Source: Candidatus Latescibacterota bacterium (GTDB lineage Bacteria; Latescibacterota; UBA2968; SICM01). From it: 64,000 nucleotides of DNA. Both the position numbers and the translations under genes were made by a program. The notes below the pieces were generated by a model. The model did not search any database. It was given only the letters and a program-made list of their open reading frames with translations, and was not told where the DNA came from. Location: the NCBI GenBank assembly GCA_965217865.1, contig CBDCJO010000002.1, positions 2,976,001 to 3,040,000 of the forward strand, written 5' to 3'. Below are positions 58,655 through 64,000 of the stretch, one piece after another (position 1 is the stretch's first letter; each line of letters begins with the position of its first letter).

Positions 58655-60667
58655 ATGCTTGTCGATGACCTGAGACGGACCAAACGCATCCGTATCCATA
58701 ACGATTCCCCGACCGACGGGGCGCATCATTTCGGTTTCTCGGTCTACGCGGAGACCCTCGCAAAGATCATCGCCGATCGGGCGAACCGGACGCCGTTGAC
58801 CTTGGCGATCAACGGGGCCTGGGGGAGCGGCAAGACAACATTGATGCGGACGATCCGCGAGAAACTGAATCAGATATCGGCCGAGGTGGAGGGGAACGGG
58901 GGAGACGGCATCTTTCGATCCAGTCGATCCGTCTGGTTTAATGCCTGGAAGTACTCTGACCGGGATGCCATCCTGGTCGTGTTAATCGAAGAGATCGTGT
59001 CCCAGATCGCATCCGGCGGCATGCCGGAACAGCGGCTGCAGGGCATGCGTCGGAGCGAGGGTGGAATGGACTGGGCTGGAATCTCCCGGGCCATGGACGA
59101 CCTTGTGGGGAAGACCGGAGTACCTGAGCTCAAACGCTTTCTGGAGAACGATACTGCGATCGTCAAAAATATCCCGCTGCTGCGGGAGTTTGAACACTTT
59201 CTGGATCGGTTGATCAACTGGTGCATCGTTCGGAATCGTGGAAACGGCCCGGAGGAATTCCCGGATGCGACGGGCGTCCTGACCATATTCATCGACGACC
59301 TCGACCGATGCCAGCCGGACCGGGTTTCCCGGGTTCTGGAGACCATCAAACTCTTCCTGGATCGACCCGGCTGCGTATTCGTGATCGGCATGGACAGCGA
59401 GATCGTGGAGAAAGCGGTCAAGGCTCAATATGTGGAGATCGAGGGCTTCGATGAACACGCTTACATGGACAAGATCATCCAGGTGCAGTTCAACCTCCCG
59501 CCCATCCGGGCTGAACACATCCAGTCGTTTATACAGGAGGATCTCATCGGGACGCAGGCAAAAGACAATCCCCTGTCCAGATATCTCGATGTGGTTTCCG
59601 AGGCCGTTCGCCGGAACCCCAGGACGGTCAAGCGGTTTTTGAACACCTTTTCTATCCAGCGAAGCCTGGCCGAGTCTCAGGGATTGCTCAAAAACGGAGG
59701 GATGGACGAAGACCTTCTCGCCAAGTGGATCATTCTCTCTTTCGCTTTCGAGTCGTTCATGCAGCGCGTCCTTCAGAGGCCGCTTCTGTTGCCGGAGATG
59801 CAGGATGCCCTCTCAAGCAGGGATGGAAGCGGGGATCTTTTGATGACCCCCCCGCCCCACCTGCGGGAATTCCTCGAAGACCAGGCCCTCGTCGATATCA
59901 TCCAGCAAGGAAAACCGTTCCCTACGGATGAGGAGGAGCTCGCGATATACATCCACCTGAGCGAGTCGACCCGGCGCAGCAGCCTCTTGGGGAAGGACGG
60001 GGAGGAGGGGGGCGGAGTCTATCGCGCGGAGGAGGGGGCCGCCATGGTTCAGGTGGAGGCCGGACGGTTCCTCATGGGCGAAGCCAAGAAACCCGTTTCG
60101 CTCGAAAGCTTCGAAATCGACGTTACGCCGGTTACACATCGACAGTTCCAGCGGTTCATCGACGACATCGACTATACCCACCTTCCGGACAGCTGGCCGG
60201 AAGGTACCTATCCCCCGGAGAAGGCCGATCACCCGGTGGTCGGCATCTCGCTTCACGACGCGAAGACATATGCCAAATGGGCGGGAAAGCGTCTTCCCAC
60301 CGAAACCGAGTGGGAGAAGGCCGCCCGTGGCCCCAACGGAAGGTTGTTTCCCTGGGGCAACACCTTCAACCGCTATAACTGCAACAACAAAGAGCTCGGC
60401 CTCCACACCACGACCGAGGTTGGCCACTTCCCCAACGGGGCCAGCCTGTACGGATGCTACGACCTGGTCGGCAACGTTTGGGAATGGACGGACACAGACG
60501 TATTTCCGGATAATAACGAAGTCAAAGTGATCCGGGGGGGCTCCTGGTCAAGTCCACGTGAGGGTGTCGTTGCAACCACACGAGCTTACTCCCGTGCGGG
60601 CGAACGTCGGCAAGACCTGGGCTTCCGCTGTTGTCGCAGTTCGAATGAGGATGATTTTGTCGTGTGA
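58655..60667 (+). CDS. KAP-family P-loop NTPase fused to an FGE-sulfatase (SUMF1/CLec) domain
   Basis: GAWGSGKT, WFNAW.Y, FIDDLDRC, KIIQV.F.LP, NPR..KR; RLPTE.EWEKAARG, GNVWEW, RGGSW, GFRC. Confidence 0.9.
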   Translation: MLVDDLRRTKRIRIHNDSPTDGAHHFGFSVYAETLAKIIADRANRTPLTLAINGAWGSGKTTLMRTIREKLNQISAEVEGNGGDGIFRSSRSVWFNAWKYSDRDAILVVLIEEIVSQIASGGMPEQRLQGMRRSEGGMDWAGISRAMDDLVGKTGVPELKRFLENDTAIVKNIPLLREFEHFLDRLINWCIVRNRGNGPEEFPDATGVLTIFIDDLDRCQPDRVSRVLETIKLFLDRPGCVFVIGMDSEIVEKAVKAQYVEIEGFDEHAYMDKIIQVQFNLPPIRAEHIQSFIQEDLIGTQAKDNPLSRYLDVVSEAVRRNPRTVKRFLNTFSIQRSLAESQGLLKNGGMDEDLLAKWIILSFAFESFMQRVLQRPLLLPEMQDALSSRDGSGDLLMTPPPHLREFLEDQALVDIIQQGKPFPTDEEELAIYIHLSESTRRSSLLGKDGEEGGGVYRAEEGAAMVQVEAGRFLMGEAKKPVSLESFEIDVTPVTHRQFQRFIDDIDYTHLPDSWPEGTYPPEKADHPVVGISLHDAKTYAKWAGKRLPTETEWEKAARGPNGRLFPWGNTFNRYNCNNKELGLHTTTEVGHFPNGASLYGCYDLVGNVWEWTDTDVFPDNNEVKVIRGGSWSSPREGVVATTRAYSRAGERRQDLGFRCCRSSNEDDFVV

Positions 60668-60785
60668 CCGTCTCCTTCCCCGGAGGCGATAGGGACGGCC
60701 ATTCGCGCCGTTTCCAGGATATCTCCCCGAAAGAAAAAGTCGAAGAAGGGCTTTGTTCCCTCAACGCTCTGAAAGGGAGGTATCT

Positions 60786-61469
60786 ATGTATCGCCTGTGC
60801 CCCTTTTTCATCCCCCTTGCGCTCCTGCTCGCCGCGTGTCTGGGCTCGATCGGGTGCGCTTCCGTCGTTCAGATCCGCCCTCCATACGAGAAAAAGGTCC
60901 GCATCGGAGACGTGGTTCATGCCACCGTCGAAGATAAAATTATCCACGGAAGCGTCGTTTATGCGGACCGCAAAGGGCTGGTCATCAAGACCGGAAAGAC
61001 TGTCAAACAGGAACATCCGGTGAAGGCCTATTCGTTTACCACCCAAATCAACTGGAGCGAGATTCAGAATCTCCAGGTGGACGGCATCCTGGATCCTCAG
61101 GGGAAACTGATCAGCGAGGAGGAGATCAAGGTCAATAAACGGACAAACTTCCGAAAGTCGCTGATGCTCAACACCGCGATTATCGGATTCGGAGCCAGCT
61201 TCGGTCTCGGCGTGTTGATTCAGGACCAGGTATACCCTCCCCTGGGGGGAAAGCCCATCTCCAAACTGAACGACGGCCGAGGGGCTTTCTGGATGACCTG
61301 GATCGCAGGGACGCTAATAAGTACGCTCGGGGGGTATGCGGTCGGAGATCATATCGATCGTCAGCGCGCGATCGACCGGGTTGTACAGATGCGAAGGATA
61401 GATGAACAGATCGAGTCGATATCAGGGGTCAGAGAAATTGAAGATCGAAGATTGAAGATTGAAAATTGA
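60786..61469 (+). CDS. Hypothetical lipoprotein or membrane protein
   Basis: GGAGG RBS, signal peptide with LAAC/IGC lipobox candidates, two C-terminal hydrophobic segments; last codons lie in a heptamer repeat. Confidence 0.7.
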   Translation: MYRLCPFFIPLALLLAACLGSIGCASVVQIRPPYEKKVRIGDVVHATVEDKIIHGSVVYADRKGLVIKTGKTVKQEHPVKAYSFTTQINWSEIQNLQVDGILDPQGKLISEEEIKVNKRTNFRKSLMLNTAIIGFGASFGLGVLIQDQVYPPLGGKPISKLNDGRGAFWMTWIAGTLISTLGGYAVGDHIDRQRAIDRVVQMRRIDEQIESISGVREIEDRRLKIEN

Positions 61470-62797
61470 GGATCTTCACGCAGAAGTATGGATAGATAGA
61501 AAAGCTCCACGAATTTTCAGGGCAAAGTAGTCGAAGTCTCTGAAGCCGAAGGCGATGCGCTTGATGACTTTGATCTTGTTGTTTATGCCCTCAACGATGC
61601 TTGTGTGGATGGGGTAGTCGCAGTGTGCCAGGATGCTTTCCTTGTGATATAGCAGCTTCCTGGTGAAGCGTATCAACGGCTTGATCCCGGAGTCAAGGGC
61701 TCTTTGACACCAGGCGTCGAGCCATCTGGCTGCCCAGGCTTTGCGTTTGTAGATCCAGACTCGTTTCAGGTCCTCTTTGAGGATGTAGACGGTGTTCAAA
61801 CGTTGATTGATGGCCAGGAGATCGCGGAGTCGGGCTGGCTCATCGCGGTCGGTTAGCAAGTTCTTTCTGTTTTTGAGAAGTAGGTATTTGGTTCCTCGGA
61901 TGATAGCCTTGTTGTCCTTGGAGGCTTTTCGACATTCATCGATCCGAACCCGATCGATTACTTTCTGGGCATAGATCTGGAGCAGGTGGAAGGGATCATA
62001 GACCGTGGCAGCGTCAGGACAATGCTTGCGCTTCGCCTTGGCATAGCCGCGCCAAGCGTCCATCGCGATGGCCTGGATCCGGCTGCACTTTCCAGGGCCC
62101 AGCGCCTCGAAGAATGGATCCAGTGCTTCGGCGTTGCGGCCTTTGCCAACATATAGGACTTGTCCTGTTCCTGCATCAGCTACTGTAGTACCATAATCCT
62201 GGCCGCGTTTGACGGCGAACTCGTCAATGGCCAGCAGCGAGGCCTCAGTATCGCCTACGGCAGGCAAGTCGTCCTGTAAGGCCTTCTTGTCGATCTGTTT
62301 AACCACACTCCAGTGCAACCTGAACTGCTGGGCAATCGCTTTGATCGACCGGATTTCTCTGCAGGCCAAAGCTACAGCTCCAGCCAAGCGTTTGGTGTAA
62401 CCAACACGAGGTTCCACCCAATCCAGATACTCAGTCCGAACGCCGCATGTCGCACAGCGTATCCGGCACTGGGAGAACTCGATCCAGACACGACCGAAGG
62501 GTCCGAAACTCAGATCCTTGACCGAACGTAGGCGGGAATCATAGCAAGATCGATACGTCCGACCACAGGTGCAGCGGTACTCCTTTTCCCGTCGCGAGAC
62601 CTCTATCCAAAGTGTCGAGAGATCCTCGCGGAACCTCAGCTTGATCACATAAAATCCTTGCAGACCAACCAGCCTGTCGATATAATCCTGTATAGCCATC
62701 GGGATTCTCCTTTCGTCAGGTTAGGTGCGTTACCCAACTGTAGGAGAAAACCGGTGGCTTTTCTACATTATTGATCCACTCTTAAGCGTGAAGAACC
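61470..62797 (-). mobile_element. ISL3-family insertion sequence (1328 bp)
   Basis: TIRs GGATCTTCACGC / GGTTCTTCACGC; 8-bp TSD AAAATTGA (61462-61469 and 62798-62805). Confidence 0.95.
61476..62699 (-). CDS. ISL3 transposase
   Basis: Zn finger CTCG..CATCG, AIDEF, AMD, YDPFH, EGINNKIK.IKR.AFGFR. Confidence 0.95.
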   Translation of the reverse strand: MAIQDYIDRLVGLQGFYVIKLRFREDLSTLWIEVSRREKEYRCTCGRTYRSCYDSRLRSVKDLSFGPFGRVWIEFSQCRIRCATCGVRTEYLDWVEPRVGYTKRLAGAVALACREIRSIKAIAQQFRLHWSVVKQIDKKALQDDLPAVGDTEASLLAIDEFAVKRGQDYGTTVADAGTGQVLYVGKGRNAEALDPFFEALGPGKCSRIQAIAMDAWRGYAKAKRKHCPDAATVYDPFHLLQIYAQKVIDRVRIDECRKASKDNKAIIRGTKYLLLKNRKNLLTDRDEPARLRDLLAINQRLNTVYILKEDLKRVWIYKRKAWAARWLDAWCQRALDSGIKPLIRFTRKLLYHKESILAHCDYPIHTSIVEGINNKIKVIKRIAFGFRDFDYFALKIRGAFLSIHTSA

Positions 62798-62919
62798 AAA
62801 ATTGAAGATCAAAGCGAGATCCATAAGGACATAAGAAAGCCCTGGGTTTTTCAATATTCAATTTTCCGATATTCAATATTCAATGAGGTTGGAAGAAGGG
62901 TGTGGGAGGGGAATGGTTT

Positions 62920-62991
62920 TGCCCCTAAGGAGAATTGAACTCCTGTTGCCGGCTTGAAAGGCCGGTGTCCTAACCACTGGACGATAGGGGC
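62920..62991 (-). tRNA. tRNA-Glu(UUC), CCA not encoded
   Basis: Reverse complement GCCCCTATCGTCCAGTGGTTAGGACACCGGCCTTTCAAGCCGGCAACAGGAGTTCAATTCTCCTTAGGGGCA folds as a cloverleaf with anticodon TTC. Confidence 0.95.
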
Positions 62992-63081
62992 GAAGTTTAA
63001 ATCGGTCGAAAAGATATGAGAATCGAATCGGGGATGCAAGTGAAAATCCGTTGATCGTTCAGTCTTTTTGGGGGTATCGGA

Positions 63082-64000
63082 ATGATAAATTATAAGAAGG
63101 GCGTCCTCCCGGTCGCCCTTGTCTTTTGGGTCCTACACCCGGGTCTCAGTCTCGGAGATGAAGGCGAATCCCATAAGGGCTACGAGTCGGCCCTGGTCAT
63201 CGACGCTGAGACTGGAAGGACCCTATTCGAGGACCGATCCCACCTTCCCCGAAGACCGGCGAGTACGGTCAAGACTATGCTGGAACTCATCGTGATGGAA
63301 GGGGTGAGGGAGGGTCGTGTCTCCCTCGACGATTCGGTCGTCACGTCGGCAAAGGCAAGTAAAATCGGGGGCTCCCAGGTGTTCCTGATGGAGGGCGAGG
63401 TCTTTACCCTCCGGGATCTGATGAAGGCCATCGTGATTCACTCGGCGAACGACGCCTGCACCTCCGTCGCAGAGCATCTGGCCGGATCCGAGGAGCGGTT
63501 CGTCGCGTCGATGAACCGGAGAGCCGTAGAACTCGGCTTAGAGGACACCCGTTTTGTGAACGTCCACGGTCTGGATAAGAAAAAAGGTCCCGTGTCCTCG
63601 GCCAGGGATCTTGCACGGCTTGCCCGCGAACTTATAGCATACCCCAGGATCCTTGAGTGGTCATCCAGGTCGAAGGATTCGTTCCGGGACGGCCGATTTA
63701 TCCTGAGGAACAGGAACCAGCTTGTCGGGGTGTATCCCGGCATGGACGGGTTGAAGACGGGCTATACGAGGCGAGCGGGATATTGTCTGGTGGCGACGGC
63801 GGTGCGCGATGATCTGCGGCTCATCTCGGTGGTCCTGGGGGCTCCCACCGAAAAGATGCGGTTCTCGGAGACCGTCCGCCTTCTAAACAGGACGTTCGAC
63901 CGCTATCGGAAAGTGCCGATCGTCCGGAAGGGGGAGCGGGTGGGTGAGATCAAGGTGGTGAGGGGCCGGTCGGAGCGGGTGGCTTTGATGGCGAAGACGG
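63082..64000 (+). CDS. dacA: D-alanyl-D-alanine carboxypeptidase (S11), 3'-partial
   Basis: Translated by hand: PASTVK (SxxK), SAN (SxN), NVHGL, LKTGYT (KTG); runs off the window. Confidence 0.9.
   Translation, partial: MINYKKGVLPVALVFWVLHPGLSLGDEGESHKGYESALVIDAETGRTLFEDRSHLPRRPASTVKTMLELIVMEGVREGRVSLDDSVVTSAKASKIGGSQVFLMEGEVFTLRDLMKAIVIHSANDACTSVAEHLAGSEERFVASMNRRAVELGLEDTRFVNVHGLDKKKGPVSSARDLARLARELIAYPRILEWSSRSKDSFRDGRFILRNRNQLVGVYPGMDGLKTGYTRRAGYCLVATAVRDDLRLISVVLGAPTEKMRFSETVRLLNRTFDRYRKVPIVRKGERVGEIKVVRGRSERVALMAKT

Noticed and set aside
60480-60650. FGE C-terminus as a DGR variable repeat
   Set aside because: No adenine-variant template repeat or reverse transcriptase seen in the window; a remote DGR cannot be excluded.
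62920-62991. tRNA-Glu as an integration site for an island
   Set aside because: No duplicate of the tRNA 3' end and no integrase noticed in the window.

Overview
Bacterial chromosomal window, GC-rich in coding regions. The gene style suggests an FCB-superphylum organism such as Latescibacterota, but that is inference only. Housekeeping blocks: sigma-70 factor, gmhB, ribD-ribE-ribBA-ribH-nusB, secA, rnpA-yidD, yebC-ruvCAB, tRNA-Glu and a partial dacA. Accessory metabolism: a FecA-like TonB receptor with Fur-box-like sites, a corrinoid methyl-transfer operon, a form II coxSLM-like molybdoenzyme and two PhyH dioxygenases. Mobile DNA: an intact ISL3 with 8-bp TSD, an IS3 element, two copies of a 232-bp IS1595-type MITE, an IS256 remnant, REP-like hairpins and a dispersed heptamer-repeat family. 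The best candidate for an undescribed system is a minus-strand RiPP-like cassette at 50757-55424. It encodes a radical SAM/SPASM enzyme, an HPr-kinase-like P-loop protein largely missed by the ORF track, a 63-aa precursor (YxxPxI leader, three Cys, C-terminal Ser), a stand-alone PqqD/RRE and an S24/S26 peptidase-nucleotidyltransferase fusion, with no lasso cyclase. The rSAM and kinase genes each carry a single-base homopolymer frameshift, which may be real or a sequencing artefact. All family calls come from motifs read by eye; no searches were run.
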